From the IMG/VR virus record IMGVR_UViG_3300026258_000307, positions 1 through 38,013 of that record: a stretch of DNA of 38,013 bases; one strand, written 5' to 3'. The translations under genes were made by a program, and so were the position numbers. Shown one piece after another: positions 1 to 8,166 of this stretch. The first letter of the stretch is position 1. Every line of letters starts with the position of its first letter. Origin of the DNA: a virus. Lineage: Duplodnaviria > Caudoviricetes. A model generated the notes under the pieces. The model saw nothing but the letters and a program-made list of their open reading frames with translations. It made no database searches and had not been told where the DNA came from.

Positions 1-545
1 GCCCTCAAAGTTATTACTCCACAGGCCAATCTATCGCCTGCGTTTCCTGTTTTCAAACTTTCTTGATCTCCGCCTTTTCCGAGATCATCCTCATCTGCAT
101 GTACCACAAGTCCTCTTCCAACAACAGATCTTTCACCAATTAGGTCTACCCTACTTGCCTTTATTGAGAAATCTGCCTTGCCAGTTTCGTCGGCTGTTAT
201 GTTGCCTAAATCTCCCACGTGTCCTTCATTTAGGTCTCCGTGATCGACTCCATCTGGATTGTAATGTCCACCCATCGATTCACAACCTTTGCTCATGTCG
301 CCAAACTCGTGTATGTGGAATCCGTGAAGTCCAGGTTTCAGTCCTGTGATTGTGCCTTTGATCAAAGTTGGAGTTCCGGGAGCCTGCATCAATAATATAC
401 TGCCATTGACGTCATCCGAATGTTGTAAGTCACATTGTGCAATCACAGTGGATTCACCCTCTGTGATGCTTTTTACCCTGCTACAAGAACATTCTTTTGC
501 TCTAGTCCTAGGACATTTTGTTTCTGTGAATTCTGTGGCTCGCAT
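1..545 (-). CDS. sodC: Cu/Zn superoxide dismutase, 3' end runs off the window (not in ORF track)
   Basis: Manual translation from ATG at 545: MRATEFTETKCPRTRAKECSC...GLKPGLHGFHIHEFGDMSKGCESMGGHYNPDGVDHGDLNEGHVGDLGNI...SVVGRGLVVHADEDDLGKGGDQESLKTGNAGDRLACGVITLR. The Cu/Zn His/Asp ligands, disulfide Cys pair and active-site Arg are all present; no signal peptide. Confidence 0.96.
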   Translation of the reverse strand, partial: MRATEFTETKCPRTRAKECSCSRVKSITEGESTVIAQCDLQHSDDVNGSILLMQAPGTPTLIKGTITGLKPGLHGFHIHEFGDMSKGCESMGGHYNPDGVDHGDLNEGHVGDLGNITADETGKADFSIKASRVDLIGERSVVGRGLVVHADEDDLGKGGDQESLKTGNAGDRLACGVITLR

Positions 546-552
546 ATGCGAG

Positions 553-558
553 TATTTA
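553..558 (-). promoter_or_regulatory. T4-like late promoter core TAAATA
   Basis: TAAATA on the minus strand, 7 nt upstream of the SOD ATG; overlaps the TAA stop of the upstream gene. Confidence 0.7.
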
Positions 559-765
559 TTTGTTTTTGGGCATTGGGTTTTCACCAGTGAGTTTAGGTTG
601 TGCGAACCATAGTTTAAACCACTCGGGTGTACCCGGTTTGATATTGTGTTTTCTTTGATATTGTGATTTTTGTGTACCCACGTATGATAGATTTTCACCC
701 ATGGATTCATCTGCAGGTAGTTTATCCACACCTGCTAATTGCTTTATTCTCTCCAACTCGTCCAT
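556..765 (-). CDS. Hypothetical protein (69 aa)
   Basis: Abuts both neighbours in the operon; N-terminal DELERIKQLAGV. Confidence 0.75.
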   Translation of the reverse strand: MDELERIKQLAGVDKLPADESMGENLSYVGTQKSQYQRKHNIKPGTPEWFKLWFAQPKLTGENPMPKNK

Positions 766-945
766 TTAAATGGTCCAGTCTCTTATCTGTTGCTTGGTAG
801 GTTTGTGCGCCTTAACTTTTTCTACCTTGCCACCTTTGGCTAGAAAGGCCTTCATCTTCTCATCTAGTTCTCTTTGTTTTTCTTGAGGTGTTTTTTCTAT
901 TTCACCTGCCGCGTATGGTCTATTGATTCCGCTGAACTTTGGCAT
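766..945 (-). CDS. Small protein with SutA-like RNA-polymerase-binding motif (59 aa; not in ORF track)
   Basis: Manual translation MPKFSGINRPYAAGEIEKTPQEKQRELDEKMKAFLAKGGKVEKVKAHKPTKQQIRDWTI. It fills the gap exactly. QEKQRELDEKMKAFLAKGGKVEKV resembles the Pseudomonas SutA core helix (AMEEFLSRGGKVQEI, from memory). Confidence 0.7.
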   Translation of the reverse strand: MPKFSGINRPYAAGEIEKTPQEKQRELDEKMKAFLAKGGKVEKVKAHKPTKQQIRDWTI

Positions 946-2092
946 AGTCTTCTAGTCCTTTCTTCACTTTGTCAAGTGAGTCTCTGTTTGCTTGATATAA
1001 TATTCCGTAACCGCCAGCCGCTTGCCATTTCTGTATGTTTACAGGTCTGTCGTCTATCAGAATGTTTGGGGTACCTGATGCTTTGTCTTTTGCATACGAT
1101 TCTTTTCTTCCAGTGACAATTATGTCATCTGGTTGTTCTATGTTGTTTGCAATCCATATCTTTTTGTATTTTGCTGAATTCTCATGATCACCTCTTAATG
1201 GTGAAGTGTTGATTGAAAAATTTCCACCCGTAAATTTTTTAACCATATCGATTAATGCGTCTGCTGAGGGAAATTTAGGCAACACCGCAAAGAAGTCTGT
1301 GCCCGTGATCCTATCTATCACTTGTTTTTTAAGATCCTTTGTCTTGTCGTTTGTCAATTCTTTCCAGTGCTCAACACCATAAAGGAATTCAACACCACCG
1401 AAGAAATCTGCAAGAACTCCATCCATGTCAAGATACACAATTGGTTTACCATCTGCCATATTTTCATTATACAACTTTTTGTTGTTTTCGTCAATCTGCT
1501 CCGCAAGTCTATCTTGTAATATGTTATATAACTTTTTACCAGTGTTTCCACCCATTATTACTTTACTGAATTCGTGTTCTTGTCCTTTGTTGGCAAGTTC
1601 CCTTGCCTTAGATGCCGAGGCACCAGAGGCACCTTCTTGGTCTGGATCTCTTTCGCCGGCACTTACAACATCGATTGAATCAAACTTGTAAAGGTCATTT
1701 CCTGCTTTGTCTGGTTTTCCATTGTATTGATTTAGAAGTTTCTGGAATTCCATTACTCTGTCAGAGCCAGCAATCATCACTATTCTGGTTCTGCCTTCTG
1801 CCTGTATTTTCTGTAGTGCTTGGATAATTGTTTTTACACCAGCATCGCCGATGGCCAGTTGTGGATAAAACATTCGTAAGTAATCTTGCTTTTCTTTAAA
1901 AGTCAAAGGATCAGTTTTATTATTTTGCTTCTGTGAAAGGAACACATAACCTTTTCCGTTGACCTGTTTGGCCATCGAAATGACTTTGTCTAATAATTTC
2001 TGGTGTCCTATTGTGGGAGGATTAAATCGACCAAAGGCAAATACCGCTGTTGAACGATCGTCCTCCTTAAGAAACAATTCCCTGAGGTACAT
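920..2092 (-). CDS. Fusion: cytidylyltransferase-family (HIGH) nucleotidyltransferase + HAD 5'(3')-deoxyribonucleotidase (NT5C-like)
   Basis: N-domain FAFGRFNPPTIGH, AGSDR and SASKAR; C-domain YLDMDGVLADF (HAD motif I) and NILIDD (motif IV). Confidence 0.85.
   Translation of the reverse strand: MYLRELFLKEDDRSTAVFAFGRFNPPTIGHQKLLDKVISMAKQVNGKGYVFLSQKQNNKTDPLTFKEKQDYLRMFYPQLAIGDAGVKTIIQALQKIQAEGRTRIVMIAGSDRVMEFQKLLNQYNGKPDKAGNDLYKFDSIDVVSAGERDPDQEGASGASASKARELANKGQEHEFSKVIMGGNTGKKLYNILQDRLAEQIDENNKKLYNENMADGKPIVYLDMDGVLADFFGGVEFLYGVEHWKELTNDKTKDLKKQVIDRITGTDFFAVLPKFPSADALIDMVKKFTGGNFSINTSPLRGDHENSAKYKKIWIANNIEQPDDIIVTGRKESYAKDKASGTPNILIDDRPVNIQKWQAAGGYGILYQANRDSLDKVKKGLEDYAKVQRNQ
1466..1494 (-). 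promoter_or_regulatory. Intragenic sigma70-type promoter TTGACG-N17-TATAAT
   Basis: -35 at 1489-1494, -10 at 1466-1471; in-frame ATG (Met212) at 1459, 6 nt after the -10. Confidence 0.75.
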
Positions 2093-2423
2093 CGTATTCG
2101 CCTTGTTTTATATTTTCTAATTCTCTGTCTGAAATTACTCTAGCAACCTGTTGCCTTGTTTCTTTAGGAAACATGTCAACAACATCGTCTTGTGTAGAAC
2201 CAAACTCTTTAACATATTCTTTAGCCGCATCATCCACTAGATACATCCAAAGTTTTTGTGCTTTTTCATGATCGTACACGTTCTTTTTTATTTTTCTTTT
2301 TATGTTTGATATGATGGGCATAAAACGTCTACGATACAAGTCCTCGTTGTTCATGATGTATGAATCAAGTTCGTTAACTGCGTCTGAGTCTATGCCTTCT
2401 TTAATAAATTGTGATGCTCTCAT
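2067..2423 (-). CDS. Hypothetical protein, probable start MRASQFIKE (118 aa)
   Basis: ATG at 2423 lies 7 nt after a TAAATA. The track start at 2522 overlaps the upstream gene. Confidence 0.75.
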   Translation of the reverse strand: MRASQFIKEGIDSDAVNELDSYIMNNEDLYRRRFMPIISNIKRKIKKNVYDHEKAQKLWMYLVDDAAKEYVKEFGSTQDDVVDMFPKETRQQVARVISDRELENIKQGEYDVPQGIVS

Positions 2424-2430
2424 ATAAGCA

Positions 2431-2436
2431 TATTTA
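2431..2436 (-). promoter_or_regulatory. Late promoter core TAAATA
   Basis: Intergenic, 7 nt before the ATG at 2423. Confidence 0.7.
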
Positions 2437-2919
2437 TTAGTAGAGGTTCTCCAAAAGCCACATGTAAAATGGTGATCCAAATGTGAAAGTCCATTTGCCG
2501 TTATGCCCCATTTTAGTGACATTTTTTAATGTTTCTGGCAATTTGTTGCCTGCCTCGGCCTGTTGTGTTGCCCATGGTTCAGCATACTCTGGAGTGTAAA
2601 CACCTTCGAACACTAAAGAACCAATATCAATTTCATCTATTTCTATATTCTTGATGTGAAGCAATTGGTCTTTGAGTATATCGCCTTTGTCATTTACCAC
2701 TGTTTGATCCAGTGTTTTGCCAGTCTTCTTGAGAACAAGTTCGTATGATTCACCCTCCTCAAATTCGTGTGTGAATTCTATTACTTGCGGTTTGTCTTCT
2801 GTTGCAGTGATATCACCTTTGAAATAACTTTTGTCAGCAACAATGATTTCCACGTGTGGCGCCTTCATCCACATTGTTGCAAAAAGTTCTATTTTAAATT
2901 TTAGTTTTTCGGTTGCCAT
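2437..2919 (-). CDS. Hypothetical protein (160 aa)
   Basis: Long ORF, translationally coupled to its neighbours. Confidence 0.8.
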   Translation of the reverse strand: MATEKLKFKIELFATMWMKAPHVEIIVADKSYFKGDITATEDKPQVIEFTHEFEEGESYELVLKKTGKTLDQTVVNDKGDILKDQLLHIKNIEIDEIDIGSLVFEGVYTPEYAEPWATQQAEAGNKLPETLKNVTKMGHNGKWTFTFGSPFYMWLLENLY

Positions 2920-3095
2920 TCAAATTCTAGTCCTGCTGTATGTCCTGTGTACGGAGTATTTAAGTCCTCCCTGAACAGTTCTATGACTATTTGAGTTCCT
3001 TCTAGGGCCACCTTCATATACTTGTCTGTTTGTTGCAGTACATCCGCCATCTTAGTTTTGCCATTCTTAGTACAGGTTATTTCTATTTTTTCCAT
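2901..3095 (-). CDS. Hypothetical protein (64 aa)
   Basis: Overlapping, coupled ORF in the operon. Confidence 0.7.
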   Translation of the reverse strand: MEKIEITCTKNGKTKMADVLQQTDKYMKVALEGTQIVIELFREDLNTPYTGHTAGLEFEWQPKN

Positions 3096-3427
3096 TTGTA
3101 CATCCTTTCGAATATTTCGGTGATTTCAATCCTACGTCCGCCCTGTGCCTCAAACTCGTCTATGAATTTGTCTATCAAGTTAGCCGCCAATCTTCTGTAT
3201 TCTGGAAGTACATCTGCCTGTAATTTTTGTATCGACTTTTGTGGTACCGACTCAACTATTGTGCCAACAGGCATACTATCAATCCAACTTCCTGCCTTGC
3301 ACATATCATTCTGTATCTTGTGTAGTTCCTTGGTTGGATTAAATGTAGGTAATATTTTACGTGATTCGTCTACAAGTACGCACATCAAAGTGCCAAAATA
3401 ATCTTCTTTGTATATCTCTTTTTGCAT
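3083..3427 (-). CDS. Hypothetical protein (114 aa)
   Basis: Start overlaps the subtilase stop (TAATG). Confidence 0.75.
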   Translation of the reverse strand: MQKEIYKEDYFGTLMCVLVDESRKILPTFNPTKELHKIQNDMCKAGSWIDSMPVGTIVESVPQKSIQKLQADVLPEYRRLAANLIDKFIDEFEAQGGRRIEITEIFERMYKWKK

Positions 3428-6387
3428 TACTCTTCTATTGGAACAAACATGTCCTTTTCAAGATCATACTTGAGTCCATGCATTTCTGCGTTGTTGATTG
3501 TGCCGTTTTGTGCGGCATATAATTTCTTCATATCTATTGGTGTTCCGTCCTCGTTGAAACATTTTGGATTTTTTGCCCATCCTAATTTTTTATCAAGTAG
3601 TTTGATTCCGGTGTTTGGAATTCCACAAGCAAGGTTTAATCTTTTGAAATATTTCAATCCTACTTGTACACCATCTTCGCCTTGTTGTCCTGCTATATCC
3701 TGTCTGTATTCAGCACTGAAACTGAACGTTGCATCAAAGTCATCCGCTGGTTGATGTGCGAAGAAGAATCCAAAGTTCTTTTCCCTTGTATCCTGCTTAA
3801 GATCACTCTGTATGTTTTTGTAATTAATCGTTCCATCTAGATTAACACTTTCGGCTACTTCCAAGTCCATCGTGCCTGATGTTATATGACTTGGAAGTGA
3901 GAACGACCAACCGAAAGTTGTTTGCGTATCTTTGTGTATTTCATACGCCAACCTGTAAGATTCTGTTTCAATGTCTGAGAAATTTTTAATCAGACTGTTG
4001 CTTGTGGTGTTTACATTTGTGTGTCCTTTAGTGTAATCAAGACTCAATACATTATTTCCAAGTAAGTACTCTACACCTATGTTTCCAAAATTAGTGTTGT
4101 TGTTGTCTCCAACTGCAAGTATACCATCCGAAGAATTACCCAACCAAGTTTCTTGTTCACTCATCTGTCCTACACTTGTTTTCAATTTAAAGTTGTTATG
4201 CAACATAAAGTTCTTACCTATGTTTGCCGAGTAATCTCCGCCTCCGTTCTCACCTGTGTAAAATCCAAAATTGTAATTATTAAGTAGGCTGTATTGTCCG
4301 CCTTGTGAGAAAGAACCAAAACTTTGATTCACTGGCAAGAAAGTGTTGTTGTTCACCATTAACATTTCTGTGTCAGAATATTTTCTATTATCCTGTACAG
4401 TGATGCTTGAACCAAGATTGATGTAGTAATCTCTGTCATAATCATCTAGCACCATTATTTTCAGTCCCTGTAAATTTGAAAATGCTCCTGTAGAACCTGT
4501 GGCAAAGTATGTGTTGTTTAATGTTGTCACAGTTCCATCAACTCTGCCTGTTGTTGGAATACCTACTGCCCCTTGCGGTTTAGTTGCCTCGTCCAGGTCT
4601 AACATACCTTGTCCGTGAATATTGACATCATATCCATTAATGTTTGTGTCTGCGGTGTTCAAAACAAGTTGCACTAGGTTTTCACCTTTCATGTGTGGCC
4701 ACATCTGATGTAAGATACCAACTGCACCTGTCACTTGCGGTGCCGCCATACTCGAACCACTCATCTCAGAATAACCGTCACCGGCAACACTTGAAAATAC
4801 ATTATTACCTGGTGCCAATATGTAAAAATCTTTTACTTGATATTTGTCATTACATTTGTTATCAACAATATCTAAACAGACGTGTCCTGATTTACTGCCT
4901 ACAACCTGTCCGTCTTCTTTTGTGCCACCCCAGTTTCCTACAATAAGCATTTTGCCGCCTAGCACAAGGTTGCCGTTAGAGTCAACTTCTGTTGCCCATA
5001 TACCTGGGTCAAGTGCAAATTCGGTGTTGACTTCTCCGTCTACCATCATACCGTTACCTGCTGAATTTACAAGTACCACATCGTTGTCTGTGCCAACTTT
5101 CCAATAACTGGAACTGCCTTTATTTGCAGTAATTACTGAAGATGAATATGTGCCGTCGTCTAATTTTTTAATTGTGCCATAGTGATTAAATTGTATATTT
5201 TTGTTGAAACTCATATTCACTGCAACAATGTTCATGCCTTCTCCGCCATCAGACTTTTTTGCTTTAAGTTTTACAATATCATGTAAGGCGTTCTGTGCCT
5301 GGCCCATATTTGCATTTGAATTTCCGTAATAGTCAACATTGGCGCCGACTAGTTCTGCATCATAGGCCACACCGTGAAACTGATTGTCATCTTTGTTACC
5401 TGCAATTATACCTGCCACGTGTGTACCGTGCGATTGATATTTTCCTTTATTTTCAACAATCGAGTCATTTAAAACGTAATCTTTGTACCATTTGTATTTG
5501 CCATCTAATGCTTCGTGATCTGTTTGTTGATATGTGTCTATAACACCTAACACAGATCCTTTACCTGTCCAACCTCTTGCATAGGCCTTGTCAGCATTGA
5601 TGATTGATTTACTAGTATCCTTGTTGAATTCTGTTGTTCTAAATTCGTGTCCAAGTGTTTTTACTACCTTCTTCTCTTCTTCCTTTTTCTCTTCCTTCTT
5701 CTCTTCTTTTACTTCCTCTTCTTTTTCTACTTTATTCTCTTCTTTTTTAGTTTCTTCTTTTTTAGTTTCTTCTTTTTTAGTTTCTTCTTTTTTGGCTACT
5801 TTCTTTTCCTTGTCTGCATTAATTTTTGTTTTCTTGTCTGCCACATATGTCGCCACCGTGTTTTCCTTTTCTTGCTTGATTATTTCTTCTGCTTTCTTAT
5901 CACTGGCAACTTTGTTATATTCTGTAAGAGATAATTTCTGTCCTTGGGATACTTTCTGTATCACTGGTTTCACATGGTCTTTCAAATATAATATTGCCGC
6001 ATGGGCATTTTTGTAATCTTCACTGTTGTATATTTGCAATTTTGTGTCTGCATCTTGTGATTCAATAAGGTCTAGTGTTTGCGTCCATAAAGTTTCTGCT
6101 TGGTCCAGCATGGTTAATAGATTGCCAGCCTTTGCAATATCCTTTTCTGTAGGTCCTGTGATAATTGCAGAAAGTCCTGCCAAATTACCACTAGATATTG
6201 TATTATTAAATCCACTTAATAAAGATGAATAAGAACTTATTATGGATTCACTGCCTGTAAGACTTGACAGATCATCTTGCACAAAATTAGAAACAGAACC
6301 AATCGCACCACCGCCACCACCTCCGCCACAGGCTGTCAACGTAGTGGCCATTACACCCGATAGTACAATGTTTCTTAACTTTTTCAC
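3427..6387 (-). CDS. Lipoprotein S8 (subtilisin-like) serine protease with probable C-terminal beta-barrel (NalP/SphB1-like architecture)
   Basis: Probable GTG start at 6387 (GTGA overlap with the upstream stop) gives MKKLRNIVLSGVMATTLTAC-GGGGGGG (lipobox plus Gly linker). Catalytic motifs VIDT, HGTHVAG, NSAGN, GSSMAAP; C-terminal region of amphipathic beta strands. Confidence 0.88.
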   Translation of the reverse strand: MKKLRNIVLSGVMATTLTACGGGGGGGAIGSVSNFVQDDLSSLTGSESIISSYSSLLSGFNNTISSGNLAGLSAIITGPTEKDIAKAGNLLTMLDQAETLWTQTLDLIESQDADTKLQIYNSEDYKNAHAAILYLKDHVKPVIQKVSQGQKLSLTEYNKVASDKKAEEIIKQEKENTVATYVADKKTKINADKEKKVAKKEETKKEETKKEETKKEENKVEKEEEVKEEKKEEKKEEEKKVVKTLGHEFRTTEFNKDTSKSIINADKAYARGWTGKGSVLGVIDTYQQTDHEALDGKYKWYKDYVLNDSIVENKGKYQSHGTHVAGIIAGNKDDNQFHGVAYDAELVGANVDYYGNSNANMGQAQNALHDIVKLKAKKSDGGEGMNIVAVNMSFNKNIQFNHYGTIKKLDDGTYSSSVITANKGSSSYWKVGTDNDVVLVNSAGNGMMVDGEVNTEFALDPGIWATEVDSNGNLVLGGKMLIVGNWGGTKEDGQVVGSKSGHVCLDIVDNKCNDKYQVKDFYILAPGNNVFSSVAGDGYSEMSGSSMAAPQVTGAVGILHQMWPHMKGENLVQLVLNTADTNINGYDVNIHGQGMLDLDEATKPQGAVGIPTTGRVDGTVTTLNNTYFATGSTGAFSNLQGLKIMVLDDYDRDYYINLGSSITVQDNRKYSDTEMLMVNNNTFLPVNQSFGSFSQGGQYSLLNNYNFGFYTGENGGGDYSANIGKNFMLHNNFKLKTSVGQMSEQETWLGNSSDGILAVGDNNNTNFGNIGVEYLLGNNVLSLDYTKGHTNVNTTSNSLIKNFSDIETESYRLAYEIHKDTQTTFGWSFSLPSHITSGTMDLEVAESVNLDGTINYKNIQSDLKQDTREKNFGFFFAHQPADDFDATFSFSAEYRQDIAGQQGEDGVQVGLKYFKRLNLACGIPNTGIKLLDKKLGWAKNPKCFNEDGTPIDMKKLYAAQNGTINNAEMHGLKYDLEKDMFVPIEE
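5741..5793. repeat. 15-bp tandem repeat, about 3.5 copies, encoding KKEET
   Basis: TCTTTTTTAGTTTCT at 5741, 5756 and 5771 plus a partial copy at 5786, inside a K/E-rich linker. Confidence 0.9.
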
Positions 6388-6569
6388 TGCAATAGATTCC
6401 CCATTATGAAAGCACCAAGTAAAAAGAAAAGTGCATATCTGGTTAATACTGAAGTATTCTTGAGAACTTTGTATCCGTTCTCTCGAAGGCATATAACATG
6501 GGCATCAATTGATTCCGATGTTATTTTCACATCAACTGTGTTGATCTGTTCTAGGTCATTGTCGTTCAT
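6384..6569 (-). CDS. Small membrane protein (61 aa)
   Basis: C-terminal hydrophobic helix YALFFLLGAFIMGNLL; directly behind a sigma70 promoter. Confidence 0.75.
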   Translation of the reverse strand: MNDNDLEQINTVDVKITSESIDAHVICLRENGYKVLKNTSVLTRYALFFLLGAFIMGNLLQ

Positions 6570-6575
6570 GCTATT

Positions 6576-6603
6576 AGTATAACATATAACGGTAATGTGT
6601 CAA
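6576..6603 (-). promoter_or_regulatory. sigma70-type early promoter TTGACA-N16-TATACT with extended -10 TGn
   Basis: -35 at 6598-6603, -10 at 6576-6581; ATG at 6569, 6 nt downstream. Confidence 0.75.
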
Positions 6604-6644
6604 CTGAAGTTGATCTTGCTAGAACCTAGTGTTTATGGAGTTTT

Positions 6645-7247
6645 TTAGTTGTTGTATAAGATTTTTGATACTGCACCAGCACTCATTCCTGAAACTTTTG
6701 CCCTTACCCATACAAAATTACCAGTAAAATTAGAACTGAAAGCAAGTGTTGATCCGTCTATATTGTCCCGTCCTATTGATGTTCCTGCTATGTCGAACCA
6801 ATCATCTTCTGTTGGAGTTGTTGCTAGAGTCCCTTGCATCTTAATGCTAATATTTTCATCGTCATTCAGAGCACTATTCACATGGTACGCCACAGTGTGA
6901 ACACCGTCTGGTTGAGAATAGTAGCCATCGCCTTTTGCTTTGTCGGTAACAAAACCTGTCATGTCAAGTGTAAACTCTGTAGAACCGTCAGCATCATCGC
7001 CTGTTGTAATTGTTTCTTCTACTGTGAATTCTGTCGTTGAAACAATTTCTTTTACAGTGAAAGTTGAATTATTGTTTTCAGTACCTGTGATTGTAACAAG
7101 GTCTCTTACTGCTAATTTACCAGAACCCGTCAGCACAGTTCCTGTGGATGAAATAGTGCCGCTAGTAGATATACTGATATCTGTTCCAGTGATATCAGTG
7201 CTCATGTGTGATTTTTCACTTGATAATGTTGTGCTTGTCTGTGCCAT
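6645..7247 (-). CDS. Putative virion structural protein (200 aa)
   Basis: Thr/Ser/Gly-rich beta-type composition; preceded by TAAATA. Confidence 0.65.
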   Translation of the reverse strand: MAQTSTTLSSEKSHMSTDITGTDISISTSGTISSTGTVLTGSGKLAVRDLVTITGTENNNSTFTVKEIVSTTEFTVEETITTGDDADGSTEFTLDMTGFVTDKAKGDGYYSQPDGVHTVAYHVNSALNDDENISIKMQGTLATTPTEDDWFDIAGTSIGRDNIDGSTLAFSSNFTGNFVWVRAKVSGMSAGAVSKILYNN

Positions 7248-7253
7248 CGTTGT

Positions 7254-7259
7254 TATTTA
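7254..7259 (-). promoter_or_regulatory. Late promoter core TAAATA
   Basis: 6 nt before the ATG at 7247. Confidence 0.65.
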
Positions 7260-7553
7260 TTCTGTATTTTTCCTTTTGAATCTTGCTGTTTTTGGTCCAA
7301 GTCCATACACTGCGGCTAGTTCGTTTGGTTCTTGTCCGTCTACTGTCAATATGTTGATGTACTTGATTTTATAGGCTTTGCCGTCTGCTGATCCCAGTTC
7401 TTCGCAAATACAGTCATCATCACCTACTTTTTTCACACGTAGTAGGCTTCTTTTTATAACGGGAGATCCCATCCAGTTCTTTTGTATCATGCTCTCAACA
7501 ATACTCTGATCGTTGAATATTTTCTTATCTCGTAGTTTTTTTATTGCCTGCAT
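7257..7553 (-). CDS. Hypothetical protein (98 aa)
   Basis: Coupled ORF in the operon. Confidence 0.7.
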   Translation of the reverse strand: MQAIKKLRDKKIFNDQSIVESMIQKNWMGSPVIKRSLLRVKKVGDDDCICEELGSADGKAYKIKYINILTVDGQEPNELAAVYGLGPKTARFKRKNTE

Positions 7554-8166
7554 TTTTAACCTTTCTAAATTTGATCACTTTATCAATTGCCTCCTGTGCC
7601 ATCATGTATATTGGAGTGATAAAACGTTCTTGTGTTACGTAGAAATAGCCTCCGAAACAATATGGACATCTATTTTCTAAATAATCCATCACGGCATACC
7701 CTGGAATATAACAGTGGTCTATGTTTCTTTCGATGAAGTATCTTAAGTTTTCTCTTTGTGTATCATTTATGTATAGTTGTGCGTCTTTTTTTAAATGAAT
7801 TTGATAATGGTACTTGCCATGTGGTAATCTGGTGCAACCAATTGTATTTGGTTGGAGATCGTTCAATTTTGGATCCACACTTTCAGACCCTATCCAGTAC
7901 TCCCAAAATCTTTCGATCAGTTGCTGTGCTAGGTTTTGATCGGAATAAAATATTGCTTTTTTTCCTTGAAATCTAAATTTAATTTTTTTCCTATTATTCA
8001 TTATAAAATCTGCAAGAAAATGCATGTCAGGAGCATCCGGGTAATTTTTTTTGACTTGTAAAAGATGTTCGTTAGTGGTAGGATAAAACATCAAACTACC
8101 AGGCACCCGCAACACTGTCTTGTGCTTGAATAAACCATAGTATAATTTATTATGATGTTTTCTCAT
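7525..8166 (-). CDS. Hypothetical protein (213 aa)
   Basis: Long ORF overlapping the clpA end. Confidence 0.75.
   Translation of the reverse strand: MRKHHNKLYYGLFKHKTVLRVPGSLMFYPTTNEHLLQVKKNYPDAPDMHFLADFIMNNRKKIKFRFQGKKAIFYSDQNLAQQLIERFWEYWIGSESVDPKLNDLQPNTIGCTRLPHGKYHYQIHLKKDAQLYINDTQRENLRYFIERNIDHCYIPGYAVMDYLENRCPYCFGGYFYVTQERFITPIYMMAQEAIDKVIKFRKVKNAGNKKTTR

Noticed and set aside
2424-2522. Extended track starts (also 19407, 15795, 25272, 17065)
   Set aside because: They overlap upstream genes or promoter cores; downstream ATGs fit the promoter spacing or operon packing better.
5588-6016. Plus-strand Phe/Ser-rich ORFs that look like membrane proteins
   Set aside because: They are the reverse complement of the K/E-rich linker in the subtilase.
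6388-6492. N-terminal 35 aa of the 1021-aa ORF in the track
   Set aside because: Overlaps the upstream gene. The GTG at 6387 gives a proper lipoprotein signal and a GTGA coupling.
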